DNA from: Mizuhopecten yessoensis
Taxonomy: Eukaryota
Direction: 5' to 3'
Assembly: GCF_002113885.1 (NCBI RefSeq)
Contig: NW_018405944.1
Span: forward strand, 2,011,931 to 2,075,930
DNA length: 64,000 bases
Both the position numbers and the translations under genes were made by a program. Every line of letters begins with the position of its first letter. The stretch's first letter is position 1. Below, in pieces: positions 1 to 12,382 of the stretch. The notes under the pieces are model-generated. The model worked only from the letters and a program-made list of their open reading frames with translations. It searched no databases and had not been told where the DNA came from.

Positions 1-2150
1 TCACTTAGTGGTTTCCAATCTTACCCATTCGGGGAAGATCGAGAATACTCCCAAGGAGAGATGTTGTTGTATATATCTCGCATCTACTTTCGGCACACCG
101 TCGTCTTGATTTAGAATTTCCGTCAGGCGAGGTCATTTGGACTGAAGTATCTATTGACAACTCTTCGTATCTTCTTCGTTCAGTCTAGCTATAGACCCAA
201 CGATTGTGTAAATCCATTTTGGGAACAATTTAAATATTCCACAGAAAAGGCTCTAAATGAAAACCAACATGTAATAATAGTTGGTGATGTAAATGCCAAT
301 CTAAGCTTGTAGTTCGCACACGTGCCTTTCTCCTTGACCCTGTACCTGTGAGTGAGACATGCGCGGTCGGGTTTTCGGATGTTATTGAAATAGACACGGG
401 TATTCCGGACCATCATGCTGCCNTAGCATATGTGTGTATTTCAGACATTTGTAACGTGCCCCTGTGCTGCCATGGTAACATTACTATCAAATTGAAACGC
501 ATGATCTGGTGCTATAAGTATGCTGACTACCATAGATTTCACTATTCATTAGGAAACACCGATTAGCATGATTTGTTTAGTAATGCTACTACATGTGATG
601 AAATGTGCTTGCTATTTACTAAAATATGATGGAAATAGCTCATGATTGTATTCCTACGAAGTTTATTACATTTCGATGTAATGATAAACCATGGTTCCCT
701 TTAGAGATACGACGTGAAATAAGGATCAGAGATAGACTTCAAATAAAAATAAAAAGTCATTTTTCTGTAGATAATGTAAGTAATTAAAAAAGTGGAATCA
801 CGTCAACAATCTTAAACGAAGAACACGTGAACTTTTTTATGCTGATGTGAATGGACTATAAGATCAAATAAAAATAACCTGTTGCAACTGGTACGTAGAC
901 TAATAAAATCCAATGATGTATTTAACAGTATACCCCCTCTGTTAAAACCCTATTTCGAATTTGGTTGAAGTTGATGCCGAGCGTAAAGCCAATATCCTTA
1001 ACGACTATTTTGTATTCATTTCCACTATAGATGATTCTGACGTACCTCTACCACCTATTGATCTTCGGACAGAGAGTAGAATTGATAATGTAGAATTTAC
1101 AAAATCGGATGTCGTTGACTTTCTTAAATCACTTAATATAGGTAAAGCAGTTGGACATGACAAAATTAGTCATCATATGCTTACGAATACTGCTCATACT
1201 GTTTCATACCCAGTATTTCATATATTTAGAAAATCACTTGTCTAAGGAATATATTTACAATCTTGGAATATTGCTTTAGTTATGCCTATATTTAAAAAAA
1301 GGCGACAAACAATGTCCCAGTATCTATAGGCCCATATCTCTGTTAAGCACTGTTGGCAAAGTTTTTTGAAAAAGTCATTACTAAATACCTTCATAACTAT
1401 TTATAGATAATTCATTGCTATATAAATACCAGTCTGGATTCCAGCCAGAACAATCTTCGGTACACCAGCTAATTAAATGTATCACACTGTATGCAATAAT
1501 CTCGAAAGTCATAAATTGCGAAGGTTTTTGACAAAGTATGGCATGCAGGCCTTGTACATTAATAAGAAAGCTATGTTATGTTTTGTAATCTTTTATATTG
1601 GTTATCTGATTACGTAAGCAATCGCCATCTTCTAATTCAAAAACAACTAATGCTGGTGTACCACAGGGTTCTGTCCTAGGCCCTTTGCTTTTCCTTCTAT
1701 ATATCAACGATATCTTGTTAGTCTCTCCCGCTTATTCGCTGATGATACTTCACTTACTGTCCTCTGCTTTTTCCGCAAATGATCTAGAAACCACCACCAA
1801 TAAGGACCTCGAAATTGTTTTTAATATGGGCAGGCAGCTGACTTGTAAAATTTAACCCTTTGAAAACGGAAGCATTACTAATTTCAAATACAAAGTACGA
1901 ATTAGACATTAACTTAGGTATACTACGCAATTTAAAATACACTCTAGATAGTAAAACATGAACTAGAATTCATACATCTTACTTCTTTTGGAATATTGTT
2001 GTGAGAAATGGGATGGTTGTTCTAGCGCCGATGCATGTAAAGTAGGAAAATTACAATTAGAAGTGTTGTCAGTATTGTCACGGGTTTACCATCCTTTGCT
2101 AGTAGAGAGTCGTTGTATTTTGAAACAGGTTGGGAAACTCTCTCTTAACT
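1..2150 (+). mobile_element. Degenerate non-LTR retrotransposon (CR1/L2-group LINE), endonuclease end plus reverse transcriptase, frameshifted
   Basis: Motifs in shifting frames: YRPISLL (~1326), QSGF (~1430), FDKVWH (~1527), AGVPQGSVLGPLLFLLYINDI (~1653-1714), RLFADDT (~1729-1749), ETGWETL (~2122). ORF 961-1245 is the linker region. Confidence 0.9.
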
Positions 2151-2712
2151 GAAAGACGCACTGTTACCCCGTATAACTTAAGAGACTCTGATTTTTGCAC
2201 AACAGGATGAGCTACATAACCAATAATTAAGCATGGAGAAAGATTATTATTTTAAACAAACAGTTTGCAAATAAGTTATTTTTCATACTCCAATGAAAAT
2301 TAAAAACAAATCACTCTCAATTCTTAAATAATGATGTTTTCTTTGTTTTCAAACAAAATACCTGAATCTGACTGGTCAAAATGTTCGTTTCATTGTTTCA
2401 TGAAAAAGAAAGAAATATAAGCCACGACCACCGGAACTACGTTCGCCAAATAATTATTCTAAAATAAAAAACAATATTACAATCATATTCCACAAAAGAT
2501 GATTTAAACAACAAAACATTGTTTTTCTTTATTTACAAATATTTTATCTAATAGTTTTAACATATCTCAGTGATGATACAGCAGGAAATCCGGTCTGTCT
2601 CTTTATAACAAAGGAAAGCAGGCTGTAATATATACTGGTCACTACTGCAGGTCTATTATTTACAACAGACTTTTTTCTCATTAATGTTCATGACTTGTTT
2701 CTCTGTCTGTAT

Positions 2713-4536
2713 TTAGTCAAATACAGGCTCGACTGTGGCAGTCTGTCTGACGAAGCAGCACAGGAGATTTCTACGTATCCAGTCTCTCTTGTTATGGGCC
2801 TTGGATGCGCTCTTCTTCTTTCCACCGACTGAGGTGCTGGTGCTGCCACCTATTAAACATTGAAAATGACACATTTACATCGCGGATAACAGTATTTTTT
2901 AAAGGAAGGAAGAACAAAATGGTTTATTGATATGATTAAATCATGTTTTTCTTAAGTTTGACTCGGTACAGAATATAAAGTCACATAACCACACACAAGC
3001 AGAGAGCAAACGTGAAACGTCGGCACCTTCAGTAAACGAGAAAATACGTTTTTCTGATTAATTTTGAGAAACATGTTTTTACCCAAATATTTGATATACT
3101 GAAATTCATGAAACCATTCTCATGCTCAAACATGGATTTTTTCAAATCATTGACAAAATAACATTTGTTTATCAATGTATAACTAGAACAAGAAATTAGG
3201 CTTGGGCACAAAACCCATGCTTGAGCATGAGAACGGTTTCATGAATACGGGTCCGGATATGAACGATTTTATCGAGTGAATAATATTCTCACCAGCTGTA
3301 GCGGTATTCATTTCCTTCGCTTCTTTCTTGTTTCTCTAAAACCAAACGTGAAATCGAATTACATCAATTCAATCAAGCTCCTAAATATTTTCGATGGTCT
3401 TTTAATATTCTGTATTATTTGATACAGTTAGCAGAAAGCTTTTTTAATTGTTGTTTTACGTAAATTTTTTAATAAACATTGACAACATCGTGTAACATCA
3501 GTATAATTCCTCGTCTAATTGAACAACCCTTTCTCTGTGAAATTACGTATAGTCGTGAAAGCGTTTGATGTTTATTAAAAATATATATATACATTTTAGT
3601 TTTGGATTTCTATTAGAATGGTTAGAGATTGATTAACAATCTAATAAATAACATCTTTATCAACAGAAGACAGATATAGTAGCCTTACCTTGAGAATTCT
3701 GTCCAACAATCGTTCAAGTACATTCTTCTTTTGGGTGGCATTGGTCATCTGCGCATCCGTTGTAGCCTCGTGCCCTATCTTGAGTCCTGTCAGTTTGACG
3801 TCTTTATGAAGTAAGGCCGAAATTTGATTAAAGCGATGCTATTTTTTCATTATGATATAACGATATAAACAAACTCGTTTTAAAATTATCTCTTAATTAA
3901 TAACGTTAATAATAAATGAAATATAGCTTTGTGACTAGATGTCTACGTCTTTTTAAGAATTTGTTATTTCTTTGTACATAATGAAATACTTGAGTTGTTA
4001 AACTTAAGAAGTAAATAAAGCATACATGAGATCGGAATATTCTAATTTTTAAAATTACCTTTGACGGGGTCAGAGGTGATAATATGAGGCTGGTTATCGT
4101 TTCCTCCAACACTTGGTTTGATTCGACCATCTTTAATCTTTAGGGGCTTACTTCCTGTAGCGCCAGTTGTTACTTCCGATGTTGCAGTAACCAAGGTTTT
4201 GTGAAGTCCAATCATTCCCTCCGTCTTATTGTCAGTTGTAAAACTTTGACATTCGTGTATGGCTGTGATTGACCGTTCACTGGTCAGTCCTACAATGTCG
4301 TCTACTTCCTTATCCAGTTGTCCTGCCATTCCCTCAATCTTATTAACAGTTGGTGAAATTCGAAATTCGCGGATGTACATAATTGACCGTCCAATGGTCA
4401 TCTCTTCAATATCATCAACTCCCTGGTCAAGACCTTCGTTTATTTCCCTTGTTTCGGTATTTATTTTATCAACAGCTTTCTCTATTACACTCTTCACCAA
4501 AAGCTGTGCAATATTTCGCAGTTGTTCATCATCCAT
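2713..4536 (-). CDS. Uncharacterised 256-aa protein, copy A; putative AKAP-like (PKA-R-binding helix) with C-terminal di-cysteine motif
   Basis: Coding exons 4536-4059, 3801-3689, 3335-3293, 2849-2713 (478+113+43+137=771 nt), all GT-AG, phases 1/0/1, no stops. Acceptor at 4545-4546 just before the ATG; 5'UTR exon donor at 5613. Same exon structure in the paralogue at 12383-14167. Function is inference from motifs. Confidence 0.85.
3104..3254. mobile_element. MITE (Harbinger-like terminus) in an intron of copy A
   Basis: About 32-bp inverted repeats attcatgaaaccattctcatgctcaaacatgg / ccatgcttgagcatgagaacggtttcatgaat; absent from the homologous intron position of copy B (~13050). Confidence 0.7.
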
Positions 4537-4874
4537 TGTAGATTCTGAAAGAAAAATACTTCGTTAAATTGTATTTGTACGTTCATGGTATATTCCACCA
4601 CTTCTTTGCTTCAACAACTCTTTTTCATTGGTTAATAACTATGTATTATTGGACGATAGACCATGCGCGTGCATGTATTATTATCCAACAGACCATGTAG
4701 GTGCAACTCTATGATATTTGCTTGTGGCGGAGACTCGAGATATTATGAGTACCTGATTAGGTCTATATAGTAATGTTTCATTACTTACAAAATCTTTAAA
4801 ATGGAATGCAAATTACACGTTTCATTAGATACATCTATATCAAGACTACCCCTGTTTTAGAAAAAAAAACTTGC

Positions 4875-5520
4875 GGTGAGTTAAACAGTGACTATACGCT
4901 TAAGACAGGTATGATTAGTGAGGAAAGTAGCAACTCCACTTTAGACAGGTATGATTGATGATATAAACAGTAGCTCTGCTTTAGACAGGTATGATTGATG
5001 ATATAAACAGTAACTCCACTTTAGACAGGTATGATTGATGACATAAACAGTAGCTCTGCTTTAGACAGGTATGATTGATGACATAAACAGTAACTCCGCT
5101 TTATACAGGTATGATTGATGAGTTAAACAGTAGCTCTGCTTTAGACAGGTATGATTGATGACATAAACAGTAGCTCTGCTTTAGACAGGTGTAATAGGAC
5201 GAGGAAAAGTGATAAAGATAGTACCGTCGCTGGGGCTCGAACCCGCGACCCTTGGCTCTCCAGCCCGATGCTCTACCGCTAAGCTAAAGGGAAATTCCCT
5301 ACAGCTGACGCTTGTAAGGCAACCTAATTAATCCACATCTTTTACACTGGTATGATTGGTGGGTTAAACAGTAACTCTGCTTTAGACAGGTATGATTGAT
5401 GATATAAACAGTAATTCCGCTTAAGACAGGTATGATTGATGACATAAACAGTAACTCCGCTTTAAACAGGTGTGAATGATGAGTTAAACAGTGACTCCAC
5501 TTCAGACAGAAATGGTCGAC
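4875..5520. repeat. 40-bp minisatellite in intron 1 of copy A
   Basis: Unit ttagacaggtatgattgatga(g/c/t)(t/a)taaacagta(a/g)ctc(c/t)(a/g)ct, about 12 copies, interrupted at 5190-5346. Confidence 0.95.
5190..5346 (-). mobile_element. tRNA-containing solo-LTR-like element (Helenus-type TRIM candidate)
   Basis: 157 bp, TGT...ACA ends, flanks cagg/ctgg (4-bp TSD with 1 mismatch, defined by the interrupted repeat unit); minus strand has A-box TAGCTTAGCGG and B-box GGTTCGAGCCC. Confidence 0.75.
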
Positions 5521-5711
5521 AAGTGGTAAAATACATTGCGTTAAGTTAAAGCAGTTACGTATTCGGTTAAACTCAATTTGTTCATATTCAAAGAGACTAA
5601 GTACAGTACATACCTTTTAAAGATCCTGTTCCTTATTGCAAAGTGATTAAAACAAAAGTTAATTGTTTATCTCCTTCGAATTCGCACGTCTAGTTGACTG
5701 TAGCCTCCTTT

Positions 5712-5793
5712 GTCGCTAGCAACAGTGACAATGACGACAGGAAATCTCGCGTGACGATCGCCTATTGTGACGTCATAGAAATAAATATTTATA
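5712..5793 (-). promoter_or_regulatory. Promoter of copy A: TATA-like box, CRE, X-box-like motifs
   Basis: TATAAATA (minus, 5793-5786), TGACGTCA 5768-5775, GTGACAATGACGAC 5725-5738, GTCGCTAGCAAC 5712-5723; conserved with identical spacing in copy B. Confidence 0.65.
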
Positions 5794-6339
5794 GCCTGCG
5801 AACCACATTTTTTTATCTTTGCGGACAATGATAAATATTTATATTGATAGAATTCTAACAGGGACTCACGCAATTTTTTTTATAAATTTCCGTTGGACAT
5901 TCTTTGATAATATTAACACAATACTTGAAATACGCGATAAAAATGCACCAACAGAGAAAGCCTTTAATTTAAAGGGTAGACTATGTATGGAGTGCGCGCA
6001 GAAGGAATATCTACGGAAGCCCAGAAACGGCGAATGACGCGTGATAGTCGTATATATGAACTCATCAGTAGTTATTTACATTTGTGTTGCAGTGCCACTA
6101 GATAACAGTACCAACTAAAATGTTTGCATGATTCAATAAAAGCAAGTGTGTAGTAATATTAACAGTACAACATGTACCGTTGCATGACCTCTGACCCCCC
6201 AACACACACAAACACAAACAAACCAAAAACAAAACAAGATTGTTAATCAACGGTTAAAATACATGTAAATATATTTTGATAATCCTTTTTTTTAAATCAT
6301 CAACAAGAAATCACCGTGAAATTTAAGTCGGCGTATTCA

Positions 6340-7298
6340 ACGTCAAAAATGCGTCGTGTGCTAACTCCAGCTACAAACATTTGTAACGAACCCCTGTGTT
6401 CCAGCCATTATGCCTGACAGCGACGTCGCGGACGTGTCCCTAGAATATGGAATGACTGTGGTTTTGAATCAAGGAACATCATGTATATGGCGGGCCACCG
6501 AAGCGTGTCTGCTATGAGATCCTATAACCGGTCCTTTTCAACAGAACAGAATAATTCACTTTCCTCTAGAATCTACACTAGCGTCCGTTGCAAGTGGCGA
6601 AGCAGGTGAAATCGTCCCGGCTCGTCGGGCAGTCCCTCATCGATAGTAACACATACCGAATGCTCAAACGATGAGCTAGTCCTGTTGACACAGTCGATCG
6701 ACACAAGAATTCAGCAAATAGCATATTTTAAATCGTCTTCTAGTTTCAAAGGAAAACTCAATATTTCACGGATGCACTTTCTATCTCGTTCATTGAAAGT
6801 GGAACCGCTTCGTTGCCGGATGTTTAAACGTTCAGCTTTCTCCGCGAACACGAAATAAATTTCTGACTTTTGGCAACTAAAATATTTTATATGGTATTTT
6901 TGTTTTAAAAGATCTACTGTCAAATTTTAAGATAACCAATGCTTGTTAAACATGCTGGTAATGAAAATTAAATTAGCAAAAAATATGCAAAGTGGAACGA
7001 TTTGTTTATTGCTCAACTGTGTATTTCGTCACCGTTGTCAACGCTTCATCTTTCCCGCGAAAAAGGCTGTTCAATTAATGTTGTTTTCATGACGGTGTTT
7101 TGCTTTTTAGCGTGAAAAAAGACTATTAATAAAATAAAAGTGGATGTAATAGAATGTAAATATAAGGTTTGAAGTGCATCTTTTTAACATTTATGAGGGT
7201 ATGCTACACAGTTCCGTTCAAACTTATTCCATGATGCGCGTTAGCGGAGCTGTGTTGCATACCCTCATAAATGTTAAAAAGATGCATTTCAAACCTTA
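6340..7298 (+). mobile_element. Crypton-like (tyrosine recombinase) transposon remnant with terminal hairpin
   Basis: ~6383-6530 reads VTNPCVPA...(G)FESRNIMYMAGHRSVSAMRSYNR, the degenerate H-x-x-R / GH / catalytic-Y end of Crypton-type recombinases; about 53-bp inverted arms at 7163-7215 and 7245-7298. Confidence 0.65.
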
Positions 7299-8389
7299 AT
7301 TAATTATGTAGATTTTAGCATGCATCTAAGAACATAATATGCTGGCAACATTAAAGGACACTTATTGTAAATATCAGTTATTAAATAGGATTAAATTTTA
7401 ACATAAGCAGTAAATGAAAAGATATGGGTACGAGAAGCTTAAATCAGGAATAGTTAGTTTCAGAAATTATTTTATGACAAATGGGACCTCATTGACTTAC
7501 ACCTGTGTGAGTGTTAAATATGCGGTAATACAACTCCTCATAGATATTTAAATGACACAATTACTTTAAAATTATATCATTATCGTGTACAACATATTCC
7601 TACTATTAATTTGATACAGAATATAACACATATTACAAAAACGACAATCGTTAAAGAGCTATGGCGTATAACTGTCACTATTTCCCCAAGTCGGCATTTA
7701 TTAAGATGAAAAAAAAATAAGGAGTAAATAATTTCTAGTAGCGAAAATGCATAGAAGAGTTAAAAAACAATTGAATATTTTTTTTTTCAACTACTGAGAT
7801 ATTAGGTGTTTTTTTTTTTTTTTATATAATACTGCAGATATAACCATTTTCACTATATCTATGAAAGGGATTGGGTTTCCAACACTTTTAAGGAAACAAT
7901 GTACTTTCAACACGTTCCCATCCGAGGACAAACTTTTTGATATTGTTTTTGATTCCGTGTAACAAATGACAAAACCCCCGAAAAAACAAATAAACGTACG
8001 ACGGGAAAATGGTCCTTCTTTGGGAAAGTGCTCAAAATAATGAAAAACAGGGGTAATCAAATTTCTCAAAACTGCGACAGGTGTTTCTTGGTTTAATCAG
8101 TTGGTGTTTCCATATTGTTCTATGTTCAATCTAGCCGAATGTGTAAGGCTATTTACTTTTGACCAGAAAAGGAACAGTGCAAGTTCGAATCCACGTTCAG
8201 ATTAAAATTCTTCTTTATTACTTTTATATTTAAGCATGTTGTTATCTTCTTTCTAAACTACGTAATATTTTTATTTTTTTTAATCAATAGAACATTTTGT
8301 TTATATTTTAATAACATACCTATACATTTATCAGTTTTGTTTAGAATATTTTTGTTATCATTTAGTGTGACATACTTCTTAAGAATCAT

Positions 8390-10620
8390 GTCAACAAATC
8401 CTGTACACGTGTACAGTTCAGCTATGCTAAAAGCCTTTGAAGGTAAGACATCATTTTACATTACATTTATGAACTGTTTACCCACCAACTGACAAAAGTT
8501 ATTATATATGTTAAGAAGAATGAACAATTATGGCAAATATTTTACCAAAAATGCGGGGAAAAGTCATCATTGAGGATGGTCTCAATGGATTAAAATACAG
8601 GAAAACTGCAACACAAAGTAAGGAGCGCAATACACGTGTAAGATATTCTTTTCGAAAATTATATGTAATTTTACCATTCTAAGGTGCAGGAAGAACAAAA
8701 TCAGGATGTATGTTTTGTAAGAAAACAGGTAACGGCATGACAAATGTACCCTCACAGACATGTCTGCAGGTCTTTGTCAGTCATTAATGTGTGTTGATTC
8801 CCCAGGGAACACGATGTTGCAAGTCACACCTAAATTGCCCAAAACTGAACCAGGGGGTAACGGAAAATGTGACGGCATTGAAATGTAATTCAAAGGTGAC
8901 CACAGATAAATGAATCGTTTCTCTCACTGGACTGTGTAATGTTGCGATAAACACCAGTAAGATTGATTTTGACAACATGAATATGACAGATGATCAGTTA
9001 CACAATACAACTGGGTTGAATAGACAGCAATTTGATGACACGTGTTCCATAGTGAAGTCAATGAAGAAATCCAAATCGCACAGGTAGTCTAGATGGAATG
9101 CTCCTGATGAAGTTGCGTATAGGAGTGTCCGATAGGTAAATTTATAAATATTATTATTATATAAAATATATCTGCAATCTTCAAACCAAATCACACCTTC
9201 GAATTGTTACGTCGCTAAATAAATGGTGTCAATAATGTATTTATACGAAACCGTTATTATTTCATCAACACGTTGACTTATAACAGCGTACTACCACAAT
9301 AAAGATGTGCCAGAGCAATAAACCAAATGTCACATGCGTTACAATATAATATCATTTTTTCTCGTCAGATAATTATTAAACAAGTAAGTCTCTACAGCTC
9401 TTGGTGGTAGAAGCTTTAATTAAGAGTTAATTAACTCTATTGGATGTAAATGATATTACATCACCATTTATAAGATACTCTCTATATATATCTCAGTTTT
9501 GTTTATTCATTACAAAATATCGTCTCTCGATTAAGGCAAATCAGTATTTTAAGTGTCGGTTTATTGCTAGTCGTACTTTGTATACTTTACAAAGTTATAT
9601 TATACATTTCCTATTTTCACCAAATTTCATGTATCAATCTGTGTTAAATCATCCCGATGTTGACACGTTTATTTAACTTCATGGTCATTGCAACATTATG
9701 CAATCAGCAGCAGGCGGAAGGTGGCTCATTACATCGCAGCAGCAAAAAAGGCTTTGAAAAAGGACTTCGTACCATCGCACCTAGGACTTCAACATATCGC
9801 TAGATCAGACATCTTTAAAAAAAACATGCAACCGATTTAGCCGTTCAATTATTTTCCAATTTCACCTCAGATTCAGTTATTCTTATCATGGATGAACTAG
9901 CAGTGAGCAAAAATATCAAAGGAAATGTTTCTCTATGCCTAAGTACCGCCCCCTGATAAAACCCATGATGACCATGATGCTGGCTACAAACTAAGAGTTC
10001 TAACAATGAAGCGGCAATTATATATCTGCATGGATGAAACAGTAAGATATGATCACCCTTCAACGCGAATTTCGGGATATTCTTCCTTCTTTTCTCGAAG
10101 AAATTGAGATTGAAACGCACTCGCCAGCGTTCCTAAAAGAGGAAAGAAATAAATGTCAACCGAAGATGTCAACAATTCCCGGCTGGTAAAGAAAAATTCG
10201 TTGGGCGGTTGAAACTGTCAACGGTAGATTAAAAACCTGGAAGTACCTGTGCAGTATTGTACCAAACAAAGATCTGCCCAATGTATGGGATTTTATCAGC
10301 ATCATCGGGCCACCGTTGCGGACATCTCTACCGTCAGACTGTGACGTCGCTCGCCGAATGGTTGAATGTGCTGCAGCAGACAACACAGTTCAGTACCGTT
10401 TTATGAAAACATGGAAACATTTTCCGCAAAGCAACACAACCTCTTGGTGGAATTTTCAGAGCGCAATATAACCGGCTGGTACTGTTAATGTTCTGCTCAC
10501 ACGTAGCCATGGTATTAAGGTATTTGTGTTTTGCTCGTCATGTGCATTATCACCCCGGATTGGATTATTTCTCAGGACTGATTGTCAATGCTGCCGAATT
10601 ACCGAACGCAGGTAGTAGTG
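8390..10620 (+). mobile_element. Degenerate, intron-containing ISL2EU/PIF-Harbinger-type DDE transposase
   Basis: Fragments VLIPQGTRCCKSHL (~8790), IDFDNMNMTDDQLHNTTGLNRQQFDD (~8961), YIAAAKKALKKDFVPSHLGLQHIAR (~9730), REFRD..LEEIEIETHSPAFLK (~10064), MSTEDVNNSRLV / KIRWAVETVNGRLKTWKYL (~10153-10249); many frameshifts. Confidence 0.75.
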
Positions 10621-10762
10621 ATAAAATTTGAAATTGATAAAAATGGAATCCTTTCAAATCTTGTGTTACGATTTGTTATAAATTAACATAAGTAACGTGA
10701 AAGAGACATATATCTGTCATTTTGTTGGGATACCCTCGTCCCTCAACCTTGTGTTGTGCATG

Positions 10763-11113
10763 GTTTTGTTTGTTTTGTTTGTTTGTGTTCGTCCTATTAA
10801 CAGCTATGGTCATTAAGGACGTGCCAGGTTTGGTTTGTTTGTGTTCGTCCTATTAACAGCTATGGTCATTTAAGGACGTGCCAGGTTTGGTTTGTTTGTG
10901 TCCGTCCTATTAACAGCTATGGTCATTAAGGACGTGCCAGGTTTTGGTGGTGGAGGAAAGCCCGAGTTCCCGGAGTTCCCGGAGAAAAAACATAGACCTT
11001 ACGGCCAGTACCTGGCGACTGCCCCACCGTAGGCCTTGATCCCGCGACGCAGTGGTGGAGGGCTAGTGGTAGCAGAATGTCAGACGCCTTAACCACTTGG
11101 CCACTGCGGTTCC
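10763..11113 (-). mobile_element. tRNA-derived V-domain SINE with triplicated 3' tail
   Basis: Minus strand starts with a tRNA-like head (GTGGCCAAGTGGTTAAGGCG), has TTTTCTCCGGGAACTCCGG...TTTCCTCCACC, ends in (CAAA)n; last ~57 bp present three times (10781-10945). Confidence 0.8.
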
Positions 11114-11629
11114 TTGGTGTTATGCAAGGAGGTCCACTACGCTTATCAGTAATAATAATGAATAGTTTTATATGCAATTATTGTTCAGTTTTTATGTATC
11201 CACATATAGCGAAACAGTATAAAAAATTGGAGTAGGGACTGAATGTTGACCTCATCTTTGTGCTTTTGAACAAGATATTTGCTCTTGAATATTACTTTGA
11301 TCAGAAGCAAAGACAATGTGGAGAGGATTTGGTACCTTCTCAGGTTCGTGTACCCGTATGTTGTGACAGATGCAGAGAAGCTGTCTTAGGTGTTGTACTT
11401 CCCGGATGTGAAGAGACTGTAGTTATTTATATAGATAAATGTAGGACGGGTAGTGAGAGTAATAGCGAGTGTGAATACTGGTTGGTTCCTTTTTTAAATA
11501 TGTTGATGTAAATAACATTTGTGTATGCATAGTTGTTTTCCTCTGTTGTGATTTTTTTCCTGTTTCTATTTCCTTAATACTAAACTGAGGCTCGCCCTGT
11601 GTTATACTATGGTCCCATGTTTTATTAGG

Positions 11630-11669
11630 CAGAAGGAGGAGGAGGAGGAGGAGGAGGAGAAGAAGAAGA
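11630..11669. repeat. (GGA)n/(GAA)n microsatellite
   Basis: Direct reading. Confidence 0.9.
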
Positions 11670-12382
11670 TACGTCAAAATGACTCCAATTCCCTCTGGTA
11701 GTGTCTAAATATACATATATATGTATCAGTTTCTATAAACGAGACCATCCCTTGATAACTTGATTTTTTAGTAAGTATAAGCATACATACACACAAAACG
11801 AAAATAAGAAGAAAGACATCAGTGTTTATTAATAATTGAAACAAGATGTACGTATACAAATTGTCAAGCATGAAAACATATTTTATCAGTACTATTCATT
11901 ACTCGAAGCTCTGTGACGGCCAATATCAGAAAAAAATGATACTATTTTACCAATCGGATCGTTCCGCCCCTTTCCTTTGCATACTTGAGAGTCAGTGATA
12001 TCACGGAAATGGCCGAGCGCGGTCCGATATAAATTGTATTCTTTCGAAGCCTGGCGGAGAGTAGTGATAGTACGGGGGGCAATCCAGTCTATCTCTTAAT
12101 TACAATGACAAAAACTTGACTTGAACAATGAGTATTTCACTGCTAAAATTAAGATTGCTTTGACTAATGCTTAAACGGATTGGATTATTTAATTAAATAA
12201 AGTATATATCTTACGATAATTTCACTCTGTCACCAAACTTGAATCCGGGTTTCTTATTTTTTTACTTTTAGAAATTGATTCAATATTATCATTATTTTGT
12301 TTTTGTTTATATCGTTAATATGATACATGTAAGCCACATTATATTCGGAATGTCCATGACTTCGCTTGATGTATTTATTCAT

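Noticed and set aside
4259-4567. Plus-strand ORFs 4259-4567 and 14004-14201
   Set aside because: Antisense shadows of the spliced minus-strand genes.
5190-5346. Functional tRNA genes here and at 18902, 27504, 45308
   Set aside because: A/B boxes are present but acceptor and anticodon stems do not pair properly; they are parts of mobile elements with TSDs.
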